64,000 bases of DNA from a virus. The notes beneath the pieces are model-generated. The model saw only the letters and a program-made list of their open reading frames with translations. It was not told where the DNA came from and did not search any database. Positions 48,264 through 58,016 of the stretch are shown here, one piece after another. The translations under genes and the position numbers were made by a program. The DNA is taken from positions 4,771-68,770 of the IMG/VR virus record IMGVR_UViG_3300005613_000051; one strand, written 5' to 3'. Position 1 is the first letter of the stretch. Every line of letters begins with the position of its first letter.

Positions 48264-50204
48264 TTAAAATAGACAGTTATGAAGAATACCATGTAAATCA
48301 TCAGGATCTAGAATTTGTATTCCATAATCCTGAGCTTTTTTTATTTTAGAAGTGGTGCTATTTTTATTTTTTACTACTAAATAATCTAGCTTTTTGCTTA
48401 CCCCAGAAGCAATTCTACCACCTTTTGCTTTGATATTTTTTTCTAAAGAATCATCACGAAATCCTGAAAAACAAAAGCTTTTATCAGTTAGGGCACCTTC
48501 TATTTTCTTTTTTATATTAACATATTTTAAAATTTCTTTAATCAAGGGAGCTTTAGCTTTTAGACCAGTCACAATAAAAGTAGCTAGTTTTATTTCAAAA
48601 CCCTCAATATTAACTATATCCTTAATTTTTAATGCTAGGATATGTTCTAAATCTCCAAAGTTATCTTCAAGGATTTCTGCTCTTTTTACAGAAAGAGACC
48701 TAATATTTAAGCCTGAAAGTAGTTCTGAAACAGTAATTACTGTTTTACTGTTTATTTCTTTTAAAATTTTGGTAGCATTTTTAATGCCCTGTCTATCTAG
48801 TTCTGCAATATCTTCTATTTTTAATTTATAAAAATCAGGAATAGATTTAAGTTTTCCAGCATCTATGAGAGCTTCCACAAGTTTTTCACCCATGTTCTTT
48901 AAACCTAATACATTTAACCAGTGTAATAAAGCTTTAGCTACTCTGGCACCACAATATTCATTTCGACAATAATAAATAGTATCTTCTTTTTCTAAAATAG
49001 AAGCACAAACTGGACATTTTTTAGGTCTCTTTATTGGGGTACTATATTCATTTTTTCTAATTACCTTAGTAATCTTTGGAATAACATCTTTACTCCTAAT
49101 TACCTGAATAATATCTCCTGCTTCTATGCCTAAACGATCTATTTCATCATAATTATGTAGTGTTGCTTTAGATATAAGAGTTCCACCACAAAGAACAGGG
49201 TCAAGTATTGCTAGGGGAGTGATTGCTCCAGTTCTTCCTACTTGAGAAACTACTTGCAATAATTCTGTTTCTGCTTTTTCAGCTTCAAATTTAAATTTTC
49301 TTGCATATTCGGGGAATAATTCATTATCTGTAATTTCAGTTTGTCTTGAAATATTATCAATATTTACTACTAGACCATCAATCAAATAATCCAATTTTTC
49401 TCTAACTCCTTCTTCATATTTTTTATGGAGAGCTAGAAGAGTTTGTAATCCAGTTGTATAGTATCTAGGGGTTTGAAGATTTAAATCTTTTTTTATAAAA
49501 TCTAAAATTTGTGTTTCGGAATCAAAAGTTATTATGTAATGTGAGTTTTTTGAATAAGCTTTATAGAAAAAGATATCCAAATGCTCACAACCTTCCCCAT
49601 TCTTTCTTTTAGTAATACCCACAGCAGCGTTTCTTTCATTTGCCATTTCTGGAAAATATTCTAATTTTATTGATTTTCTTAGGGCAATCTCTCCTCGGGT
49701 ATAACCACTAAAAGCAATTGGTAATCTTTCAGGAATGTTTCTCATCTTTTTTACATTTTCAGTAATATCATCTCCCTCAAAACCATCTCCACGAGTCAAG
49801 GCTTGTATTAGATATCCCTGTTCCCACTCTACGGAAACTGAGAGTCCATCTATTTTTTCACTAGTACAGAAAACATCTTCTTTAGCATTTTTATCAACCC
49901 ATTTTTTTATATCAGCAGTTACGTCTATAGTAGTGTCAAATTCTATTAAAGACCCCATGGGGATACTATGAGCTGCTTTTGAAAAACCCTTTAAAGTATT
50001 TTTGGTTCCTATTTGGAATTTTTCTTTATAAGTATCTTGATAAAGTTTTTTAACAAAATCAAATTCATCATCTGATATAAAAGATTCTTGGGTATAATAA
50101 GAATCTGCAGCTTTAGTCAAAAAAGAGAATACTTCTTCTTTTTTTAAATTTTCAATATCCCAAAGCATTAATTTTTTATAAGTTATTTTATCCTGAAGAT
50201 CCAT
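48264..50204 (-). CDS. ligA: NAD-dependent DNA ligase
   Basis: EKIDG, TRGDG..G.DIT, N.RNAA.G, DGLV, VGRTG.ITP, ATLHN, CPVC zinc finger, HhH repeats and BRCT. Confidence 0.96.
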   Translation of the reverse strand: MDLQDKITYKKLMLWDIENLKKEEVFSFLTKAADSYYTQESFISDDEFDFVKKLYQDTYKEKFQIGTKNTLKGFSKAAHSIPMGSLIEFDTTIDVTADIKKWVDKNAKEDVFCTSEKIDGLSVSVEWEQGYLIQALTRGDGFEGDDITENVKKMRNIPERLPIAFSGYTRGEIALRKSIKLEYFPEMANERNAAVGITKRKNGEGCEHLDIFFYKAYSKNSHYIITFDSETQILDFIKKDLNLQTPRYYTTGLQTLLALHKKYEEGVREKLDYLIDGLVVNIDNISRQTEITDNELFPEYARKFKFEAEKAETELLQVVSQVGRTGAITPLAILDPVLCGGTLISKATLHNYDEIDRLGIEAGDIIQVIRSKDVIPKITKVIRKNEYSTPIKRPKKCPVCASILEKEDTIYYCRNEYCGARVAKALLHWLNVLGLKNMGEKLVEALIDAGKLKSIPDFYKLKIEDIAELDRQGIKNATKILKEINSKTVITVSELLSGLNIRSLSVKRAEILEDNFGDLEHILALKIKDIVNIEGFEIKLATFIVTGLKAKAPLIKEILKYVNIKKKIEGALTDKSFCFSGFRDDSLEKNIKAKGGRIASGVSKKLDYLVVKNKNSTTSKIKKAQDYGIQILDPDDLHGILHNCLF

Positions 50205-50205
50205 T

Positions 50206-50820
50206 TTAAGCCTCTACTTTAAAATCATGGTAAAGAATTGCTTCTCTTTTTGCAGAATACAACATAAAAATTAATTTGTGGGTTTTTTGTGCTCGTTTAA
50301 GGGTATTCCATAGATGCTGCGGTTGGTCATATACCCCCTGATGCCATTGTATTGCTAAATCTTCTAATTTTGTTAATTTTAAATATTTTTTAATTAGCAT
50401 TGTAGAAAGAGTTCCGTGGGGATAGGGTAATTGAGCTTCAGGATAAAGGTCATACCCATCCTTTTCAATAAAAAGGAGTTTTCCATTTTCTTTTACTCTA
50501 TTACGACCATCAGGTCCTTTCACTGTCACATTTTTAGAAACTTTTTGAAAAATACCAATACAACAAAGATCGTGTAGTAATCCTATAATTTTTATACTTT
50601 CTTTAAATTTAGCTAAATCGGGATGTAAGCTACTATTTCTTTCTAAAATTTGATATACATTTAGACTATGTTCCGCTAACCCACCTTCATAAGCATTATG
50701 TTCATTACAGCTAGCGGGATCGATAAAAAAAGATGATCCTTCTAAATATTCAATCACTTTTTTTATACCAGGACGTTCTACAGAATTTAAAAGGTCAAGT
50801 ATACTTTCTTTTACATTCAT
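50206..50820 (-). CDS. HD-domain phosphohydrolase
   Basis: PAS...H.AYEGGLAEHSLNV, LLHDLC, HG..S, AI.WH.G. Confidence 0.88.
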   Translation of the reverse strand: MNVKESILDLLNSVERPGIKKVIEYLEGSSFFIDPASCNEHNAYEGGLAEHSLNVYQILERNSSLHPDLAKFKESIKIIGLLHDLCCIGIFQKVSKNVTVKGPDGRNRVKENGKLLFIEKDGYDLYPEAQLPYPHGTLSTMLIKKYLKLTKLEDLAIQWHQGVYDQPQHLWNTLKRAQKTHKLIFMLYSAKREAILYHDFKVEA

Positions 50821-51140
50821 ATTTTTCTTCTTTGTTTATAGTCTATATCTTTACATAGTCTATGTTTTTTAGCACAATCTGTACAGATCTTATCTATTTC
50901 GGTAGACCCAAAGATTAACTCTTTTCCACAAATACTGCAGTTAGTCTTAGTCATAGCAGCACCAGCCCAAACTGCTCCCATTAGATAGAAACAATGGATA
51001 CAGAGATTGCTTTTTAGACGATTTTTTCTTTCAATATCTTTTTGAGCTGCATAAGCTAACCTGATATATCTGTGGGTGTTTTCTTTACTTTGAAGTGTTA
51101 TTTTTTGTACTTTTTCAAGAAAATCTTGGGGATTATTCAT
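50817..51140 (-). CDS. Cys-rich zinc-binding hypothetical protein
   Basis: CIHC, CSIC, CTDC. Confidence 0.7.
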   Translation of the reverse strand: MNNPQDFLEKVQKITLQSKENTHRYIRLAYAAQKDIERKNRLKSNLCIHCFYLMGAVWAGAAMTKTNCSICGKELIFGSTEIDKICTDCAKKHRLCKDIDYKQRRKI

Positions 51141-51729
51141 TATTGGGTTTGAATACTTGACCTAATTTAGTTCTAATTATTTTTATCACATCAAAAGCAT
51201 CATCAATTGCAGTATGAGCAATTTCTTTTTCAATTCCTATTCTTTTCAAGCATTCTTGGGTATCCGGAACAGATTGATCTGATTTTTCTAAACATAAAAT
51301 ACTTGGGTCAATAATTCTATGTCTTATTCTGACAAAATCTAAAAAATTGGTTTGATGTTTCAAAAAAGGTAGATCAAAAGATCCAAAGTTTTTTCCTGCA
51401 ACATTGATTATTGTATATTTTTTAGATTTTCCCTGAAGTTCATACCCATTACTGAGAAGAAACTTTAAGAAAATTTTACCCAAAGTATTGGGGTATAGAT
51501 AGTTATACCCTTCTTCTCTAAGCGCAATTCTTCTAAAGATAGAAGGATGCATAGATAATGCATAGGGTTGTCCCCTATATTCATCCATACAGACATAAGC
51601 ATGAAATTGAGGTAATTGTTCTAGGGGTTTTTGTATAGATAAATCATCGAGAACTGCTCCAAATTCCACAATATTATTATTTACAGGGTCTAATCCAGTT
51701 GTTTCCAAATCAATTGAAATATACTTCAT
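51133..51729 (-). CDS. DEDDh 3'-5' exonuclease
   Basis: IDLETTGL, N..SFD..FL, HTAIDDA. Confidence 0.9.
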   Translation of the reverse strand: MKYISIDLETTGLDPVNNNIVEFGAVLDDLSIQKPLEQLPQFHAYVCMDEYRGQPYALSMHPSIFRRIALREEGYNYLYPNTLGKIFLKFLLSNGYELQGKSKKYTIINVAGKNFGSFDLPFLKHQTNFLDFVRIRHRIIDPSILCLEKSDQSVPDTQECLKRIGIEKEIAHTAIDDAFDVIKIIRTKLGQVFKPNNE

Positions 51730-51772
51730 AGTTTATCCTTTTAATAAGTATCTTTCAGAATCTATATAGATT

Positions 51773-51799
51773 ATTATATAACCTATAAGTATTTGTCAA
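51773..51799 (-). promoter_or_regulatory. sigma70-like promoter for the exonuclease-HD-ligase operon
   Basis: Minus strand TTGACA-N15-TATAAT, followed by the palindrome AATCTATATAGATT at 51759-51772. Confidence 0.5.
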
Positions 51800-51904
51800 A
51801 AGTTAAGTACCTCTAATTTATTAATATAAATATATTTTATCAGATTTTCTATTAATATCTCACATATCTTGAATCAAGATATTACAGATCACGGAGATTA
51901 ATAA

Positions 51905-54574
51905 ATGGCAGACATATCAAGAGATACTTATGATAGAAGTAAAGGACAAAGTAAAGTTGTCTTCCAGCAAAAAAAGCCTTTATTAAATTATGAACTCAAT
52001 TTATTACAAGATATTCTCAATGAGAAATCTATTGATATATCTAGATATGGTTTGGGGGATAATTTTATAGGGGATAGTTTCACTCTATATCCTTCAACTT
52101 TACCTAATGAAATTTTTATTAAAAAGGGACTTTTTTATCATAAAGGGTACCCAATCGAATTAACAGAAGATGTTAGAATTAATGGTTTATCGACTCCTGG
52201 AGCTAATAGAGTTGATTCTGTTTTTGCTGAATGGTATCTAGATGAAATAGATGGAACAGACGATCCAAGTATAAAAGACAGTAATCTTGGTTTTGAGACA
52301 TCAAATCAAGAAAGAATTATCTTAGAAATCAAAATAAGAGAAAATGCAGAGGATACTAATACTTCAGATCCGAGTATAACTACAGATATTAATCCAGACC
52401 CTGTACTTGAAACCATAACTTATGATGGTACTGATAAAACAATTTCTTTAGATCCTTTGAGTGGTAATGTTTTTCCTGATTGGTTATTGAATAACTTTTC
52501 TTCAGGGGTAACTTTTACCACAAGCGATCCTTATAATCCTGGTCCTTTTACAATTAATTCTTCTTCAGTTCTTTTAAATAAAAAAACCTTAGTTGTAAAT
52601 GAGGCTCTTTTTGACACAGTTCCTCATAATACGGTTAAAAAACTTACTTTTTATGATTCTAACAGTTCAAAAAGCTGGGTAGCTAATAGAAGAAATTTTT
52701 TCAAGATTGCTAATATAAATAGAACAAGTACTGCGACAATAACAGAATCAATGATTGAAGATGTTAGGGATAAAACAGTCTATAATTATGTTATAGATGG
52801 TTGTTCTATTGAAAAAGTGACTACTACATCAGTTAAGGTAAATCCAGGAAGATTGTTAGTCGGGGGTATAGAACATTTTATTGAAGATAATAATGAAATT
52901 TTAGATTTCACTACCAAAACCCCAGTATCTGGTATTCCTCCTGTTTTTGGCAAATTAGAAGATGGCACTATAAATTTTGTTTTTATTAATAAAGCGGGTA
53001 ATTTAGAGTGTAGTCAAACAGAACCTTTAGAATTCCATGTTTTATTAGCAGAAGTTTATACTTATAGTGGTTCCGTTTATTCTATCATTGATAGACGAAA
53101 TTTTATTCCTTTTGCTTGGAAAAATAAATTTTCAGAAGGAAATTCAGGAGAAACAGGGTTTCCAGCATATTCGCACCAGTATAAAGCTGCTGAAGATATT
53201 GGAGCTTACGAGGTTGTCACAATTGTACCTGGTACTACTAAGGATATTGTAAAAGCAACTGCTTTTGATCTTTCTCCAAATCCTATTAAGGTACCTGTGA
53301 TTGGTATTGCTGGGCAAGCAATAAGAGAAGGTCATATTGATAATGTTGTCACTTTTGGAGAAATCAAGAATACGGCTTGGAGTTTTACAGTTAATCAAAG
53401 TGTCTTTTTAGATACTGCTTATGGTCAACTTACTCAGACTCCCCCATCTCTTCTCGGTACTTTCACTTTAAGAGTGGGTGTAGCGGTAGCTTCTGATATT
53501 TTATTTGTAAATCCAGAGTTTAGTTATATCAAGAATAACCCACCACATCCTTTTGATACTAACTTTTTAGTAAAAAGAAGTACTGGGTTAATCGAAGAAT
53601 CTAATGATGCTGATAAGATTAGTCCTGATAAGATGAGCTTTTTAGCATCTGTTGCTCAAAGTACAAACGATAAAACTTTTGATATTTTCCCAGGAAGATA
53701 TTTTGTAAATGATACTGAATATGTTGATTATTCTGGAGAAACAGTTAATTTAGGTTCTGGAACTTATCAGACATCTCCTCTTACAGCTTTTTATTATAAT
53801 AAAGCATATTTTACTTTAGATGATGTGGGCACTGTCCACATGTATGAAAGTTTAGAAAAGAGTGCTTCTTCCACTGTTGAAGATCCTGAAATTCCCGATA
53901 ATGAGTTACCTCTATCTATGGTTGTTTTTCAGGACAATGGTTCTGGTGGTGCTGGGACCATTAAATCTATTGCCCAAGAGCATATTCTAGATAAAAGAAC
54001 TTGGTTAAATTTAGGAAATCTGGATAATACCGCTTTTAAACCCGTGTATCGAGATGATCAAACTTTTCTTATTCAAAAAGGAGAAGGTTGGTATAATAAC
54101 CTCTATGTAGAATCTTTAAATAATCTCTCAATTACAGCGGACACTACTGCTTCAGGATCCACATATTACATATACATGGATCTTGTAAATGCTTCTGGTT
54201 CTGTATCAGTAGGAAGTTTTACTACAATGCTATCTACTCCATCTCAATTAGATAGAAGAAGATATATTCCTTTAGGAAAATATTCTGTTGATGGAAACAA
54301 TAAAATTGTTAGAAATAATTTTAAAGTTTATAAGAGTAAATTTTGGAAATATAGAGATACTCCTTATACTAATGAAGAGACTATCACTTTAACAGGAGAT
54401 CAATCCTCTTTTTCTTTAACTACTCTTACTTTTTTAGATACTGATTATTTAGACATTAAAATAAATGGTAGACAAGTTTATGAAATAGACGACTATACTA
54501 AAACAGCTCCCAATTCAATTAATTTTGGATATACCGTGAAGAAAGGTGCCAAGATAAAAATTAGAAAAGTATAA
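51905..54574 (+). CDS. baseplate-anchored proximal tail fibre (DUF4815-like N-terminus)
   Basis: SRDTYD...VVFQQ.KPLLN.ELN.LQD and D.SI.D..LG.ETS motifs, followed by beta modules. Confidence 0.7.
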   Translation: MADISRDTYDRSKGQSKVVFQQKKPLLNYELNLLQDILNEKSIDISRYGLGDNFIGDSFTLYPSTLPNEIFIKKGLFYHKGYPIELTEDVRINGLSTPGANRVDSVFAEWYLDEIDGTDDPSIKDSNLGFETSNQERIILEIKIRENAEDTNTSDPSITTDINPDPVLETITYDGTDKTISLDPLSGNVFPDWLLNNFSSGVTFTTSDPYNPGPFTINSSSVLLNKKTLVVNEALFDTVPHNTVKKLTFYDSNSSKSWVANRRNFFKIANINRTSTATITESMIEDVRDKTVYNYVIDGCSIEKVTTTSVKVNPGRLLVGGIEHFIEDNNEILDFTTKTPVSGIPPVFGKLEDGTINFVFINKAGNLECSQTEPLEFHVLLAEVYTYSGSVYSIIDRRNFIPFAWKNKFSEGNSGETGFPAYSHQYKAAEDIGAYEVVTIVPGTTKDIVKATAFDLSPNPIKVPVIGIAGQAIREGHIDNVVTFGEIKNTAWSFTVNQSVFLDTAYGQLTQTPPSLLGTFTLRVGVAVASDILFVNPEFSYIKNNPPHPFDTNFLVKRSTGLIEESNDADKISPDKMSFLASVAQSTNDKTFDIFPGRYFVNDTEYVDYSGETVNLGSGTYQTSPLTAFYYNKAYFTLDDVGTVHMYESLEKSASSTVEDPEIPDNELPLSMVVFQDNGSGGAGTIKSIAQEHILDKRTWLNLGNLDNTAFKPVYRDDQTFLIQKGEGWYNNLYVESLNNLSITADTTASGSTYYIYMDLVNASGSVSVGSFTTMLSTPSQLDRRRYIPLGKYSVDGNNKIVRNNFKVYKSKFWKYRDTPYTNEETITLTGDQSSFSLTTLTFLDTDYLDIKINGRQVYEIDDYTKTAPNSINFGYTVKKGAKIKIRKV

Positions 54575-54611
54575 GATAAGCAACTTTCAATTAAGGATAG
54601 GATAATAAGAT

Positions 54612-57600
54612 ATGAGTGATGCAACTAGACCACAAACCTGGGAAATAGTTAATGAGAATTCTTTAGATATTCTTGAGACAAGTAATCGAGAATCTCTTGA
54701 TAATCTCTTAGTAATTTTAAATTCTAAGATTAACTATCCCTTTAGAATATCTTTAGTAGGTACTGTTCTAACTATTAATGAATCCGAGATACAGACTTAT
54801 AAATCGGATGGTTCTGAATGGGGAGGTACTGAAGACAGTTTTAAATATGCTACTGCTCCTATTGATGGACAGTATGCAACCTCTGCTGCATCTACTATAG
54901 ACCTTTCTGATGGTTTAAATTCTGGAGATTTTGCTTCAGGAATTGAATTTACTTGTCCCACTCTTCTTGCTGGAGATTATATTTGGTTAGGCATTGAAGT
55001 GAAAACAGGTGGGGAATTAAATTTAGTCTGGGGAAATCCCGGAGCAACTTTAGGTACAGCTACTTATCCTACATTTACAGGTACTGCTGTATGTCTAATT
55101 AAGTTACAAGCTAATATTGGAACATTAGCTCCTTTATGGGGATCTTTTAATTCTGTTACTAGCTCTGATGTTATAATTTTTAAAGGATCTGGCGGTGGCG
55201 GTGGTGGAGCAGGATCAAATGATTTTGTTCCTATTTATAAGTCATCTTCAGAATATAGATTTCAAGGCACTCAAGGACGATCCACTCGTTTTAATGAACA
55301 ATATTTTTCAATTGATGAAGACTTAGATTTTTCTTATAATCTAGTTACTGATAAGATTTGGTATATTGCACTTGATACAAATCAAGTTCCGGGATTAATT
55401 ACTCCTTCTAATAAAGATGACTATATAGTTGAGACAGACCTAGAACCCAATTCTCCTTCATTTCCTCAAAATTTAATTGTTTTAGGGTATTATGAGGTTA
55501 TTGGAGGTGCAGTTACTCAACAAAATCTAGGCACATTTTCACCTAGAGCAGTGGATACCTTTATTGGAGATTTGACTGCAAGTTTTTCATCTCCAACTTC
55601 TTATCGAATTCAAAATACAAGAGGTAGATTAGTCAGATGTAATCATAAATACTTTTATTTAGATGAAAACAGTGATCTTATAAAATCTTTTGACCCCGGA
55701 TCAACTGGAGCAACAGGAACTTGGTTTATCTGTATAAATACTGAGGGTGCTGGGGAAGAATTAACGGTATCCCACTTAATAGAAACACAACTTAATCCTA
55801 GTGAAATTTCTTTTCCACAGCATTATGCTCCTTTAGCAAAATGTGAGGTATCTGCTACGGGAATGGAAATATCCTCTTTTAAATCTGTATCTGATAGAGA
55901 TGTGTATACTTTATTAGGAGATTTTACTCCCAGTTATATAGATAATGATACCTTTGTCATTAACCATACTTTTGGAAAGAAAATAAAGTTAATGTCTCAA
56001 TATTTTTATAGTGAGAATAATCTTTATAAATCTTTTGAAAAAAGTGCTTCTGGTACTTGGTATATCATTATAGATACTGCGGATCCAACAGGTCCAGGAC
56101 AACTAACTACAACTCATATTAAATTTACCCAAGATGACCCTGCATTACCCTCATTTGATGTGGATTATGTAGCTATTGGAGAATATTTTGTAGAATCTGA
56201 TTTGACTACTATAGATTATACTAAGTTTATACCTTATTTAGTAGGTGGAGCTGGTGGTGCTGCTGGTGGTGGTGGGGATTTCATACCTACAAATTTAAAT
56301 GATGATACCTTTTCAATAAGACCTACTGTAGGAAGAAAAGTTCTTTTAAATGATAAGTATTATTATACTTTAGAAGAATTAGTAGTTAGTTATGAGAAGA
56401 GTGCTTCAGGTACTTGGTATATTGATGTTGATACCACTCAACCTGCTGGAGAAATTACTCAAGCTAATCATACTGATTATATTGTAATGACTCAAGAAGC
56501 TCCGTTTTCAACATTATATAATCCACTACATGTCACAATAGGTCAATACGAAGTAGATGGTACTTTAACCGTAGATAAAACCACACATGTGGGTTATTCA
56601 ACAAGAGAACATGCTAATTGGATGAATGGTATTCCAAATATTTGGAAAAAAGCAGACATGCAGTATGCTTCTGGTAATAATATCAGTTTAACACATAATT
56701 TCGGGATGACTCCTGATTTAGTAACTTTTAAATATTGGGATGAAAGTGCATCTAAATTTTTAAATCTATATAGTGCTGATATAGAACAATATCGAAATGA
56801 TACTGTAGTTGTATATAATATACCTGATTATACCACTCATCCTTTTATTACTTGGGATACTGGAGATTATTTTTTAGTTGAAGCAATTAAATATGCTTAT
56901 CCTCAATCAGGTGGTTTTGTAAGTCCTAAAACAGATTATGCTACAGATTGGTATTCTACACAACCCGCAACAGTAATCACACATCCCTTAGTTACAAGAC
57001 CCCAAAATATTTCTTTAGAATTTTTAGATCTAACAGGTACACCGGTTTATTATGTAGAAGATGGTTTACAATATGTAGATAAAGATACTGGGGGTATAAA
57101 CGAAAATTCTGTAACTTTTAATTGGACTGCTTTAGATACACTTAGTGCTACTCTTAAAATGAGGATTCATTTTAATGTCAGTAAAGTAAGTGCAGGAGCT
57201 TTTGAAGCAACTAGAACAGAAAGAGGGACAGTTTCTATAACTGGTGATAGTTCTAAAGTAGTATCTCCTGATTTAATCCTTACTTCAGCAGATACAGATT
57301 TTGCTACGATTATTAATGGAATGGGAAATAATATTTCTGTATTAGTTACGGAAGATATTACTGTCTCTTCCGAGCAAGATATCTCTGTTACGGGGGTAAA
57401 ATTTGATATGATTCCAGGAACATACATTCAGTGTGCTACTTCAGGATTAGCTTCAATAGTTAAATTCTCTGGAAAAGATTACGAAATTGAAAACATCAGA
57501 ATTCAAGCACAAGAGACAATCACTTCGGGGTTAAAATTAAATGCTAAAGGTATTGTTAAGAATATGTATGTTTCCCAAAATATTGGTGGAAAAATTTTAA

Positions 57601-58007
57601 CAAATGCTCTTGAAGTAACTACAGGAAATATAATTACTGCAATTGGCAGAGTGGAAGAAATAGCAGGAACAATCACTAATAAGAAAATAGATGTAGACGG
57701 TAATTCTGAAATTTTAATTTCATTTAAACCGGATACTAGACTAATTTCTACTAACGACAATATGACTTCTAACGATAAAGTAATACTTCTTAACGGAGCA
57801 AGTAATCCTGTAGCAATATCTTTGGTATCTGCAGTAGGTTATACTGATAAAGTAACTATAATTGCTTATAATATTACTAATGAAGTTAAGATAATTACTA
57901 ATGGTTCTGAAGAAATTAATGGTGACTCGGGTGATTACGTCCTAGAGACATATTATGAACAATTAACCTTATTACCTTATGCAGGTAATTGGATAATTAT
58001 AGGATAA
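54612..58007 (+). CDS. tail fibre or adaptor protein with four internal ~115-aa repeats
   Basis: Repeats DF.P...T.GR...YFY...GTWYI..DT...IG.Y.V, with poly-Gly linkers. Confidence 0.7.
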   Translation: MSDATRPQTWEIVNENSLDILETSNRESLDNLLVILNSKINYPFRISLVGTVLTINESEIQTYKSDGSEWGGTEDSFKYATAPIDGQYATSAASTIDLSDGLNSGDFASGIEFTCPTLLAGDYIWLGIEVKTGGELNLVWGNPGATLGTATYPTFTGTAVCLIKLQANIGTLAPLWGSFNSVTSSDVIIFKGSGGGGGGAGSNDFVPIYKSSSEYRFQGTQGRSTRFNEQYFSIDEDLDFSYNLVTDKIWYIALDTNQVPGLITPSNKDDYIVETDLEPNSPSFPQNLIVLGYYEVIGGAVTQQNLGTFSPRAVDTFIGDLTASFSSPTSYRIQNTRGRLVRCNHKYFYLDENSDLIKSFDPGSTGATGTWFICINTEGAGEELTVSHLIETQLNPSEISFPQHYAPLAKCEVSATGMEISSFKSVSDRDVYTLLGDFTPSYIDNDTFVINHTFGKKIKLMSQYFYSENNLYKSFEKSASGTWYIIIDTADPTGPGQLTTTHIKFTQDDPALPSFDVDYVAIGEYFVESDLTTIDYTKFIPYLVGGAGGAAGGGGDFIPTNLNDDTFSIRPTVGRKVLLNDKYYYTLEELVVSYEKSASGTWYIDVDTTQPAGEITQANHTDYIVMTQEAPFSTLYNPLHVTIGQYEVDGTLTVDKTTHVGYSTREHANWMNGIPNIWKKADMQYASGNNISLTHNFGMTPDLVTFKYWDESASKFLNLYSADIEQYRNDTVVVYNIPDYTTHPFITWDTGDYFLVEAIKYAYPQSGGFVSPKTDYATDWYSTQPATVITHPLVTRPQNISLEFLDLTGTPVYYVEDGLQYVDKDTGGINENSVTFNWTALDTLSATLKMRIHFNVSKVSAGAFEATRTERGTVSITGDSSKVVSPDLILTSADTDFATIINGMGNNISVLVTEDITVSSEQDISVTGVKFDMIPGTYIQCATSGLASIVKFSGKDYEIENIRIQAQETITSGLKLNAKGIVKNMYVSQNIGGKILTNALEVTTGNIITAIGRVEEIAGTITNKKIDVDGNSEILISFKPDTRLISTNDNMTSNDKVILLNGASNPVAISLVSAVGYTDKVTIIAYNITNEVKIITNGSEEINGDSGDYVLETYYEQLTLLPYAGNWIIIG

Positions 58008-58016
58008 GGAGAATTT

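Noticed and set aside
50206-50820. DatZ-type dATPase implying a Z-genome
   Set aside because: Only generic HD motifs are present and no purZ is in the window.
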